Positions 35,838 through 46,900 of a DNA stretch of 64,000 nucleotides are shown piece by piece. Within the stretch, counting starts at the first letter, position 1. Every line of letters starts with the position of its first letter. The notes under the pieces were generated by a model. The model saw only the letters and a program-made list of their open reading frames with translations, was not told the origin of the DNA and ran no database searches. Origin of the DNA: Asterias rubens. Taxonomy: Eukaryota. Made by a program: the position numbers and the translations under genes. The stretch covers positions 7,750,001 through 7,814,000 of the forward strand of contig NC_047065.1 of the NCBI RefSeq assembly GCF_902459465.1, given 5' to 3'.

Positions 35838-36172
35838 GAAGTCTTATATAGTGCACGTATCTACCAAACAAGGTACTCAAGGCGCTGAGTATATACAAAC
35901 TTTCAGAAAGATATGTTGTTGCAGTGATGAATTAAGAGACTAAATAAGTAAGCACCTTATAAGGGTTTACAAGGTGCTATACGGCGCATACAGCAGCCAC
36001 AGCCGGGAACACCGGAGCGAACCGCTTCTCTTTTCGATAAGTGCACTGGGTTCTTTTACATGCGTTACACAACTTATGGGACCAATGGCTTTACGTCCCA
36101 TTCGAAGGACGAAGCAATGTTTAAGTGTCTTGCTTAAGGACACACGTGTCACGGCTGGTGATTCGAACCCAA
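35838..36172 (-). mobile_element. 5'-truncated tRNA-derived SINE with Deu/Nin-like domain and L2-like tail
   Basis: ggttcgaatc B box; gggacgtaaagcc..ggtccc..catgtaaaagaacccagtgcacttatcgaaaagag..ccggtgt resembles the recalled DeuSINE domain. Confidence 0.7.
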
Positions 36173-38185
36173 ACAACTTCAGTCCTGAAGGCTTTTATTA
36201 TGCATCTGAAAGCACACTTGTGCAACAATGGTGTTTTTTCTTGTATTGTTCTCTGACAAATTTAGTCAAAATTTTCAAAGATTATTTTGTTAGATATCAT
36301 TTATGTTAGGATATACATAAAGTGAGAATATAACTATCACACCATAACGACATCTCAAACACAAAACCCCTGCCGAAGATTCCCGTCCCACAATGTCCCC
36401 CAGAACACATGATACCGCGACTTTATCTATCCATAAAAAAAAGACAAAATCACCTCGTACATTTCAACAAAAACCCGCCTCAGGCGATACTCATTTCAGC
36501 CTCTGCCATATTTATAGATTCTCCAAGCCTTTTTATCGGACTCATCTTTCCAAAGACGTTAAGTTTGACCGATACATTTCCTGTAAGTGAGCTAGAGAGG
36601 AAACTAAACGACGTAGACTGAATAGAGAAGGACGTCAGGTTATGTTATAACATCGCCCTCCTCTCTCTATACTCGTTATCATTTATCAATCTACCGATCA
36701 ATCATGTGGTAAAAGATGGCCAGAATTTGATTATCTTTTATAGAATCAAGGAAGATCATGGACGAGCGGATGTTGTTGTCGTCATTGAAAAATAGCTCAT
36801 TATCGTGAAACGAAAAAAAACCCAACAAAAAACAGTATTGTTCTTGAGAAGGTTTCAATGCCGGAATTCCAAGCATCCATTTCCCATGGAATTTTAATAT
36901 TAATTACGCTGTATCCAGGCTTCTGTTGAGTAGGAATTCTTCAGATAAGAGTAAACTATTGGTTTCCTTGGTAAGACGATTATTGATATGCATGTTTGAT
37001 AGAAACTTAAATTAGTATCGTCTTCTTTCATATACTGATAAACTAATACATCAGACAAGAGCAGGAATACCCGACTCATCTGTTTTGAGTCACAACTTGG
37101 GTCCAGTTAGAAACAAACTTGATAAAACTGTAAGCATGCCCGATACACGAAATTTACTATACAAAAAATGGTCACAGCCAAGGAGACTGTTTTTAAAGTT
37201 TTTTTTAATGGGTACGTCCATGAAAAACGAGCATAATATTCCTTAGGGATAGCTAAGTGCTCATTCCAACAGACCATCCTAATATAAAAATCAAGAAGAA
37301 TGCCAATTGCTCCTAACTGGTTCACTGGTTCAATGTACGTTTTTCTTCACCCGGAGTCAAATCTAACTCTCTAGGGGGTCAAATCTAACATGCTTTTTGA
37401 ATCGATTAGGGTCAAAATTGAACCTCAGCACTGGGTTGAATCTGGTCATAAAGGATGTTCGAAATGGCCATCACGAAGAAATGGTACAGTGGTCTGTTAA
37501 AATAAACTGTTACTTGAATTATCACCCCATACGTCATTTTTGTTTTTGTTTGTTACGGTTTTAAAGAGTATTTAAAAAATATTCCTGTAAACTCATTTAT
37601 ACCAATAAACTGTGAAGAGACTTTATCAGATTATAGAACTTCCGAAGGCGACTGTTCTACACTGGAGACGGCAAACAGCATACAGTAACAATGTGTATTC
37701 GGTCTAGTTAAATCCAAATGAGTGGGTAAATAATTGTCACATGCGTTTTCAGATTATTAAAAGCAGGGCCATCGTTTGTTTTTTGTCAACGAAAATTACA
37801 ATGAACTTTAAATAGCTCCTCATTCGTTTAAACTTCTATACATTTAACTGTTTAACTTCTGCATATGTAGAACTATAGTATCAAGTCTGGAAGCTTAATG
37901 CTACGCCTAAGTAACATTTCATTTGAAAAAAAATCTCCTAAAATTGTTCAGATATTCATTTGAAAAACATGAGTGGTCTGCGTAACGAAGAAACGAAGGA
38001 CTTAATTTGATGACATTTTCCAAAGAAGTTAACGTAGGATGTGTTCGTGGAAAACAAGAAAGTATAAATGATTGCAGTCTTTTAAAAGCCACTTAAATTG
38101 AGTCATTTCCTTAATCTATCTATAGCATAAAGGCAAAGTTTACCGTCAATTTTTATAAACCGTTCGATTATTTTAATCCTACACT

Positions 38186-38555
38186 GAAAGACCTGGATAC
38201 TGTTGGTAATTGTCAAAGACTAGTCTTCTCACTTGGAGTATCTCAACAGAATGCATCAAATAATAAACCTGTGAAAATTTGAGCTCAATTGGTCGTCAAA
38301 GTCACAGATAAGCATGAAAGAAAAAACACCATTGTCACACGAAGTTGCTTGATTTCGAGACCCTCAAATTCTAAATCTTAGGTCTCGAAATCAAATTCGT
38401 GGAAAATAACTTCTTTCTCGAAAACTACGTTACTTCAGAGGGAGCCGTTTCTCACAATGTTTTATACTATCAATCTCTCCCCATTACTCACTACCATGAA
38501 ACGTTTTATGCTAACAAGTATTTTGAGTATAATTACCAACAGTGTCCGCCTTTAA
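38186..38555 (+). mobile_element. Kolobok-type MITE family A
   Basis: TIRs and body. Confidence 0.85.
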
Positions 38556-38865
38556 AACTAACCTGGTAAAATTCATTTCAACAAATGGTAGCGTTTTCTT
38601 TTGAGATATTGTGAAGATCTAGAGCAGTTACGTCCACACATGAAGAATTATCCGTAATTGAAATATACAATGTGAGAAACGTTTCATCCAGAAACGTTTC
38701 TCATATTGAAATGTGTTTTAATCATTATCTCTAAAACCAGTTCTTTGAAGGGATTGGTTCCTTTTAACAGCTGAAGTTCTTTTCCTCCAGTAAGTTTCTA
38801 GGGTCCTTATAGTTTATTGATCAATTACTAAAGGTAAACCTCCCTCTAAAGGGTTTTGGTTTTTG

Positions 38866-38909
38866 GTCTCGACGTTTCGACTAACTTGCTCTAGTCATCG
38901 TCAGGAGAC
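38866..38909 (-). ncRNA. Minimal type I hammerhead ribozyme motif (Penelope/retrozyme-like)
   Basis: Minus strand reads GTCTC-CTGACGA-T-GACTAG-AGCAAG-TTAGTC-GAAAC-GTC-GAGAC: core boxes, 6-bp stem II, loopless palindromic stem III (ACGT), GUC triplet, 5-bp stem I. Confidence 0.8.
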
Positions 38910-38935
38910 TGAATAGGTAAGAGAAGAGTCATGAA

Positions 38936-39140
38936 AATACGTTTTTTACATGCTAAAATAATTTTCGTCTCATGATCACTTAGACGAAAATTATTTTCAT
39001 GACATTGTTTTACTCATTTCTCAAAAACTACAGAACCTCAGCAAGTAATATTTTCAGGGAAGCTTTCTATTATCTTCAAACTGTGTAAGTTTAATGTGGA
39101 CATTGTCTTTGTTGTCCTTCAAAAAGTACATAGACCCTTT
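38936..39140. mobile_element. Family D MITE, partial
   Basis: One arm ending aaaaagtacatagaccct. Confidence 0.75.
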
Positions 39141-39176
39141 CAACGTGAATGTCAGGGCTAAATGAAAACGACTTAC

Positions 39177-39337
39177 TATTTAGCAGAATCATTCAGTTGA
39201 TATTCTCTTGATCGATTGAAGCATTCCTTTATACCATGGTCGACCCAGAGTCTTTTTAAGGCGCCTAGCAGGGGGGAGGAGTAGGGTTCAGAATCTAACA
39301 TCTTGCTTACGATGTCCAGCACCATCTTACAATCATC
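39177..39337 (-). CDS. GNAO1: G-alpha-o exon 4 ([54 protein letters not shown])
   Basis: ttctcgcaaacag / gtaagt; 161 nt (G-alpha-o length); [17 protein letters not shown]. Confidence 0.96.
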
Positions 39338-39581
39338 CTGTTTGCGAGAAAGTCCAAATGTTTCAAAAGGGGTTACTGTCTTTCTTTAGAAACACAGATC
39401 AGGTAAAACCATGTGATATAACACTTGGTTACACAAAAACAAACCTCAATTATTGTCATGCAAGAAGTGTGTACAGCTCTATGGAACAAATCAACATCTT
39501 GCAATTATAATTGCAGAAATATATTTTTAAAAACTCGATCAAGGGCAGATTTCAGACGGAGGAGCTAGAGTGAACTTTAAT

Positions 39582-39727
39582 GGGAGACTTTCAAGACGCT
39601 TGGTGGCAGCAGACTTACCAGGTAAAATCCATTGTTCTTGGTAATGTGCGCATGCTCAGAATTACGTAAACAATGGAAATTTACCTAGACGGTAAGTCTG
39701 CTGCCACCTAGCGCCTCAAAGACTCCC
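39582..39727. mobile_element. GGGAGACTTT hairpin MITE, 146 bp
   Basis: AT|GGGAGACTTT...AAAGACTCCC|AT. Confidence 0.85.
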
Positions 39728-40664
39728 ATTGCGGACCTTTTTCTAAGTAGGACAGTTTCATTATCAGGGGATGCCATTGTTCCATGGATCAACCAAAACG
39801 CCTGGGTATAGACAACATCCGAGAATGGTTGGGTTGTGATAACCACCGAACTCAAAACATCAGCAATGGTAAGACGGTCTGTGGTGGGAGTAGTACCAGT
39901 GATTCCAATGGGGTACAGTTGTGGGGGGGGGGGACCACAGGCAAATGGCAAATACCTGTGGCAACATAAGTTGCATTAAGATAAGTTCACAAATCATGTT
40001 GGGTATGGAGCCCTCTTTGGTTAGACCCCAGGAGAAATTTAAACATTATTAGCTCTCCGGTGCAATCTATGACGCTTCACAATCGTTTTAAAACTTGGCC
40101 TAGGCCTATATCGTTGTACCTGTTGTGCCCATTTTTTTTAATCAGAAATTTGATGTTTTTGCCGTTTAACAAAACTTGTCCTTAGTCGGCGGAAATAAAG
40201 AGGGCGCCCGTTACGATCACCCCTATTGTTGGTGAATTAACTACAATTTTTATTTTGACTTAACACGTCAATTTAATGGTACATTTTAAAAATGTGAACT
40301 CTCTATTTTTACTACAAGGAGACGGAAGCCCCAATAAGGTACAGATGGCCTAGTCTTGCATGGTGATTAGCAAGTGACATTTTTATACACTGTGCATGTT
40401 GACACCATTGCTGTCACCAGGTTAAACAATATTGCGTGTGACTTATTTGCACACTTGTAAATACTTTCTGACTGATATTTCAATCTATTGAATAAAATAT
40501 TCTTGATATTGAATAAATACATCTTCTCCTTGAGTTTCAAAGATTGCAGGTCAAATGTCAATGCCTGGTAAGAAAATTGGCCTTTCACCATGGTTCATGT
40601 TTTGAGGAAATTTTGTTTGCATGATTAACAAAGTTTTTATATGAAGGTCTTGTTCCCAACCTAC

Positions 40665-40806
40665 CTCTCTCGCTGGATCTCCATAGGATATTTCCAGTTT
40701 CTCCATGGCTCTGACTATTGATACCATTGACTGCAACGTGTTGCTGAATACGACCGGTCTGAACACCTTGGCGTCTTCATCACTAAATCCTTCTTCGTGA
40801 ATAATT
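40665..40806 (-). CDS. GNAO1: G-alpha-o exon 3 ([47 protein letters not shown])
   Basis: ttcttccag / gtaggt; 142 nt; within ORF 40551-40820. Exons 3-8 total 904 nt; adding the usual 118+43 nt of exons 1-2 would give 354 aa plus stop. Confidence 0.95.
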
Positions 40807-40915
40807 CTGGAAGAAATCAAATAAACAGATTATTGTTAAAAGTGAACACACTGTGCAAGTATCGCGCTTGTTTGTTCGAACATTCGCCGTGAGCGAGTTT
40901 GATTCCTTCACGTGT

Positions 40916-41246
40916 TTAAAGAACTGGACACCTTTTGGTTATTTTCATAGACCATTCTTCTCAGTTGATGTATCACAATATTAAATGAAAGAAAAAAGCC
41001 CTTGTCACACAAATTATGTGCTTTCAGATGCTTGAATTCGAGACCTCAAAATCTAGTTCTGAGGGAAATCATATTCAAATAATTATTTTAGTGAGAAATT
41101 ACTTCTTTCTCGCAAACGACGTTACTTCAGAGGGAACCGTTTCTCACAATGTTTTGTACTATCAGCATCTCTCCAATGATCGTTAAAATAAGTTTTTATG
41201 CTAACAATTATTATGAGCAATTACCAATAGTACTCAGTGCCTTTAA
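40916..41246 (+). mobile_element. Kolobok-type MITE family A, degenerate
   Basis: TTAA at both ends, internal deletion. Confidence 0.75.
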
Positions 41247-42068
41247 AGTTATGCACGTGGGACCAAGGTGGTCCCAAAAAGTTTGAATTTATGCGCGAGA
41301 CTTGTACGGTCTATAGTTGAATTGCACGTGACGACATTGACCACCATCTCTGATGTAAAAGAATGGAAGTGCACGCGTTTACGCGACTGCGCACAACTCT
41401 CAGGCAATGATATAGCCTTTCACGCGTGCACGTTTCATCAAAGATGGCGCCCAATGCAGGGGTATCTTAGCCGATGAGAAGAGTTCAACGAACATGCATC
41501 CTTTGGTGGTAATCTTCGATAAAGAAAGATAGGTTCCTCGAACAATCCCATGTTACAATGCTCTGAATTAAGCATAATCTTGTGTATCAAAACCCATAAG
41601 TTGTCGGAGCTCTTAAAGAAAATAAGTCATTTGATGTTGGTAAAACTATCACATTATGTACAAATACGAGTGTAATGTCACCATTCAACAATTGCCACAG
41701 ATCTGTTTTATATGTGTATTTACCTGAAATCTTAATTAAACCAAGGACAGCAATAAGGTTAAAGTCCTTGCACCATTTCATTTACATGCTCCACATCTCA
41801 TACGACCCTCATTACTATAAAACAACGAACATGAAGGTACTACATCCCGTTATATTAGAATGTGATTAGCTATTGCACTCGGCGGTGAAGGAGCCACGTA
41901 CCCTGGGCACACGGCCCCTGACGGGTTCTAGGAATTTCGTCCCAACCTGTATTGATTCCTTTACTCTTGTTGACAACTCTCATGCAAAATCGTTTATAGC
42001 CAGGTACGGGGGATACTCGGCTCGCCACATATAGAATCAGTTCCAGTCTGCCAGGGTAACTATATTTT

Positions 42069-42452
42069 TTAAAGGCAGTGGACACTATTGGTAATTGTCA
42101 AAGACTAGCCTTCACAGTTGGTGTATCACAACATATGCATAAAATAAACCTGTGAAAATTTGAGCTCAATCTGTCATCAAAGTTGCGAGATAATAATGAC
42201 AGAAGAAAACACCCTTGTCACACGAAGTTGTGTGCGTTTAGATGGTTGATTTCGAAACCTCAAGTTCTAAACTTGAGGTCTCGAAATCAAATTCGTGGAA
42301 AATTACTTCTTTCTCCAAAACTATGGCACTTCAGAGGGAGCTGTTTCTCACAATGTTTTATACCATCAACCTCTCCCCATTACTTGTCACCAAGAAAGGT
42401 TTTATGCTAATAATTATTTTGAGTAATTACCAATAGTGTCCACTGCCTTTAA
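42069..42452 (+). mobile_element. Kolobok-type MITE family A, full length
   Basis: Perfect TIR AGGCAGTGGACACTATTGGTAATT plus TTAA. Confidence 0.92.
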
Positions 42453-42749
42453 ACTCTGAGTTTATGGAAGAGCGGCTTGGCTGCAACAGCCTTATTACGT
42501 GGTCCTATGGAGAAAGTGTGAAATTACAGGTCAACTCGCTGGTGCAGGTGTAACAACCCATTGCAGTTAAACCTAATCAACCTTATCCTATAAAATGAAA
42601 GAAGTTTTTCTGGATTGCGAAGTAGAGGTAGAGCCAAGGGAGATTGTTTGTAATGTAATTGCTTTCATTAAGTTACTGGTATTGTCTATAACCATTTTTT
42701 TAGATGATAATGAGGATGTCTTCAATCCACTATAAGAAACAGTGATATA

Positions 42750-42900
42750 GGGTGCGTTCGTTTAGCTCCCCTTGGTCTACCCCGGTGTGTGGCAATTTTT
42801 TCCCCAGGACGAATGTGGGTAATTATCTACACACGTTCGTCCTGGAAAAAGAAAACGCCACACGCTGGGGTCGACCCGGGGAAGCTAATCGAACGCACCC
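42750..42900. mobile_element. GGGTGCGTTCG palindromic MITE, 151 bp
   Basis: TIRs at both ends. Confidence 0.85.
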
Positions 42901-43090
42901 ATTGTCCCATGCGGACGCCCACCTTCACCCCAAAACATGCCTAAGCCAATGTCATATAGTTCTCCAATATGAAACAAAGAGCTGTTCAAAACTTCGGAAA
43001 TAGACGAATTTGAGTACGACAAAAACGTTTTAAAATTTTATTTCAGTTATCTTCCAAAAGTCAGATTTTTATGAGTGTCAATTAGTCTTC

Positions 43091-43246
43091 AAAACTCTTT
43101 TCACCTAGTATTTTTTTTATCTGAGCAAATGATCAAGTTTTGAGTTTTGTCAGGAAGTGCCTGGTTTGGGAATTAGGTGCACAAAAACTTTAACTCGTTT
43201 TGTTGTGTTATTCAGTTCAGATTCTTGCGATGGTTTTGTGTCAAAC
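43091..43246 (+). pseudogene. 156-bp duplicate of the RPP40 intron/exon junction (source 5773-5927)
   Basis: Long identical runs such as tcaagttttgagttttgtcaggaagtgcctggtttgggaattaggtgcacaaaaactttaac and attcagttcagattcttgcgatggttttgtgtcaaac. Confidence 0.9.
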
Positions 43247-44536
43247 CCAATAAAATCAATTCAGATTGATAGAAATATTTTTATTTTTTTTTTAAACTAG
43301 AGAGTATTTACATTTAAACTCTGGTGAAAGTTCGGGAAGCTGCAGATAACTTGAGCTGATTATTTGTCTTGCCCGCTAAGCAACCGATAATAGAAAATAA
43401 TAGAAAATACAATTTAATCAGGCAGGATGGTTAGTGTGGTGGTTTATTTTACAAAAAAATCCCAATGCAGACCTTTTTTGCTTTTTATTTTAGGCATATA
43501 GGCCTACTCCAATAACACTGTAAATTTCCTGCATATACTACTTTGATATAGGCCCTATATACCTATACACCAAAAGAGAGTGGACATCAAATTAATTAAA
43601 CAGTTTACTGGTGTGGTGATTATGCAAATAGCTCATTCATCCAATAGTATAAATCTACAGCATGATGTGCCAAACAGTCAATAAACCAGACTGATATAAA
43701 AGCTGCCGTGAAAAAAAATACAATAAATCAAACGGCTACTTGTTTATGAAATGCTACTATTTGTCATACCTCTCATAAATTCACGTAGGCCTACTTTAAA
43801 ATGCCTGACAGTGTTGTTGGCTTTCGACCTTCCTTATATGCCGTGCATAATGCACTTAAAGGGATTCCTAACTCAATCCATGTGAGATACGGGCAGTCAA
43901 ACTACGCACAAAGCATCAAGTTCACGACGTTAGGTCTACTGCTTTAATTAGCCGCACACGGATGGCAAACACCTCGCAGTAAAATGGCATTTTGATTCAA
44001 CCTGATGCACACTGTCTTTAGAACGAACCTGAAATCACCAATCCTTGAAAATGTTTCCCCTTTCCAAAATGTCGTGATTACGGATTTCCCAAAGAGACTC
44101 TCATTTACCGTTTCACCACGCTGTAGTCTTTTTGATCAGTGCCGTACTACACACACCATCGTCCAGATATTACCATCTGCTTACCTATAATATACTATAC
44201 CTGTCTATTTATGCAAAGATTTTTGGCGGGAATCGTGTTGTCTGCGGTGAACACGAAGTGCACTAGTTCCAAGCTTGGCACTTTGACATTTAGCGGTGCA
44301 GCAGGCCTAATGTATCATCTACCTGAATACGCGCCAGGGTTTGTGCATGCTCGGCTTAAGCATTTTTTTCCAATGAGGTTTCGTGCGGGTGATATTCGTA
44401 TTTACATAACTTGTTTAACCTGTTGCAATTCCGGCTATATTTATAACAAAAATCAAGCTAAAATACATCAACATGTCAAATGGCATCGTTTAAAAAGTGC
44501 CTTTGAAGTAGATGCCCCTTATTAAACAGGGTGTTT

Positions 44537-44913
44537 TTAAAGGCAGTGGACACTATTGGTAATTACTCAAAATAATAATTAGCATAAAACCTTTCTTGGT
44601 AACGAGTAATGGAGAGCGGTTGACAGTATAAAACATTGTGAGAAACGGCTCCCTCTGAAGCAACGTAGTTTTCGAGAAAGAAGTAATTTTCCACGAATTT
44701 GATTTCGAGACCTCAAGTTTAGAATTTGAGGTCTCGAAATCAAGCATCTGAAAGTACACAACTCCGTGTGACAAGGGTGTTTTTTTTATCTCGCAACTCC
44801 AACGACCGATTGAGCTCGAATTTTCACAGGTTTGTTATTTTATGTATAGAATGAGATACACCAAGTGGGAAGACTGGTCTTTGACAATTACCAATAGTGT
44901 CCACTGTCTTTAA
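44537..44913 (-). mobile_element. Kolobok-type MITE family A, reverse
   Basis: TIRs plus TTAA. Confidence 0.9.
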
Positions 44914-45714
44914 GGGTTTAGTGAAATATGTAGTGAATTAAATATACAGTTTTTCATAAAGGCATTGGAAAAAAAAATGCTCACATCACGGATCATTCAC
45001 GAAAAAAAACGTTGAGGGAAAACAGTCTCAGACAGAGTTTGGTTTTTAGACCTCCACGTGACATCGACTCTATTTTCTCATTGAATGGATGACGCGAAGC
45101 TCTTCTTCCGTATATAAAAATTTGCGTACTATATAAATAAATCAAGGCAAATTAAGGGGGCATTCTGGATACACTGATTCCAGGTTTATCAAAACAATTG
45201 TGTGGAGGGAAATTTCTATTTATCATTTTCAAACATGCTCCCATGGTTTAACATTGAACTGACCAGTTATAGTACAGTTGAGAGTACTTATTGGGAGGTT
45301 GCCGAATGAATTTATTTTATTAATTTATTTATTTAAAATATTTAGACATGCACAATAGTTACAAGTTGTACAGGGGCTGTCAAGGTTAAAACAAAAGTAT
45401 AAAAACTGTAATCAAAAGATGTGTAAAACCAGTTAGGCCTACACAATATAAAAAGGTGATTGCACTGAAACATTTAAAAAATCACACCATGTAGAATTTA
45501 CAAGTGTAAATATTGTTAAACTATATTGTTGCTTCAACTTATTAAATTATACCGTTTATGTAAATCGGTCAGGCATGATAATTGACCTCATTAATTTGTA
45601 GGTTATTTAAAAAGAAATAACGGCGGCAACAACAAACATAGGATGTCAGATTATCATGTACGCATTTTTCTGAGTTTTTAAACTTAAAAAAAGGGTACAC
45701 CTTTTTCTGAGTTG

Positions 45715-46083
45715 TTAAAGCCATTGGACACTTTCGGTAAACAGTATTATCCAAGGCCCACACTTCGTGTATCACAACTTCTATATAAAATAACAAACCT
45801 GTGGAAATTTAGGCTCAATCGGTCATCGGAGTCGGAAAAAGTAACGGGAAAACCCTACCTTGTTTTCGCACGTTTTGCCGTGTCATGATATGTGTTTACT
45901 ATAACTCCGTTATTCTCGTAGTCGAGAATTTATAATTGTTTTAACGTTTTCTCAAAAAGTAGATCATTTCATGGGCTAGTATTTCAAGAGAAGTCTTTTA
46001 CCATTACCTTCTGTAAACCCTGTAAGTCCTTTGTAAATCTGTGAACTTTTTTTGTTTCTGTTCCGAAAGCGTAATGGCTTTAA
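45715..46083 (+). mobile_element. Kolobok-type MITE family E (A-like left arm, D-like right arm)
   Basis: TTAA|AGCCATT...AATGGCT|TTAA; partial reverse copy ~56355-56550. Confidence 0.8.
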
Positions 46084-46358
46084 ACTCAGAAAAAAGGTGT
46101 TCAAAATGTATAGGCCTACATCTGTATATACATTTATTTTTGTACAGGTCAACGCGTTGACAACGTAGATTGGTCTACTATTTTTTTATATAATTTATCG
46201 ACAATGCAGGCCAATATATTTAAATAATTCATTTGTTTATTCCAAGAACGATTCATAAAACAGCTATTGGTTTGATAAACTGAAAGTTTTATAGGTGGGC
46301 CTGCTTAAACCAATTCTGTTCTTGTTTTTTCACTGGGTATGGTGACTTAAAATCGGGC

Positions 46359-46733
46359 TTAAATGGTCTATGTACTTTTTGTAGAACGAAAAACACAATG
46401 TCTACAGATTTACACTAAACTTACACCGTTTGAAGATAATGATAGTATAAAGCTTCCCTGAAAATATTAGTTGCTGAGGAGCTGTAGTTTTTGAGAAATT
46501 AGTAAAACAATGTCATGATAATAATTTTCGTCTCACTGATAATGAGACGAAAATTATTTAAGCTTTTAAAAACGTATTTTCATGACATTGTTTTACTTAT
46601 TTCTCAAAAATTACAGCACCTCAGCAACTAATATTTTATGGGAAGCTTTGTATTATCATTATCTTCAATCTGTGTAAGTTTGATGTAAGTCTGTGGACAT
46701 TGTGTTTTGTGTTAGAAAAAGTACCCAAAGGAA
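46359..46733. mobile_element. Family D MITE
   Basis: Both inverted arms present. Confidence 0.8.
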
Positions 46734-46757
46734 ACAAATTTTTTTTGTGAAAAATTT

Positions 46758-46900
46758 NNNNNNNNNNNNNNNNNNNNNNNNNNNNNNNNNNNNNNNNNNN
46801 NNNNNNNNNNNNNNNNNNNNNNNNNNNNNNNNNNNNNNNNNNNNNNNNNNNNNNNNNNNNNNNNNNNNNNNNNNNNNNNNNNNNNNNNNNNNNNNNNNNN
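46758..46900. other. Assembly gap (N run)
   Basis: Ns in sequence. Confidence 1.

Noticed and set aside
41250-41520. CpG-rich patch with YY1/NRF1-like motifs upstream of G-alpha-o exon 3 as an alternative promoter
   Set aside because: Motifs only; no clear first exon or donor on the - strand.
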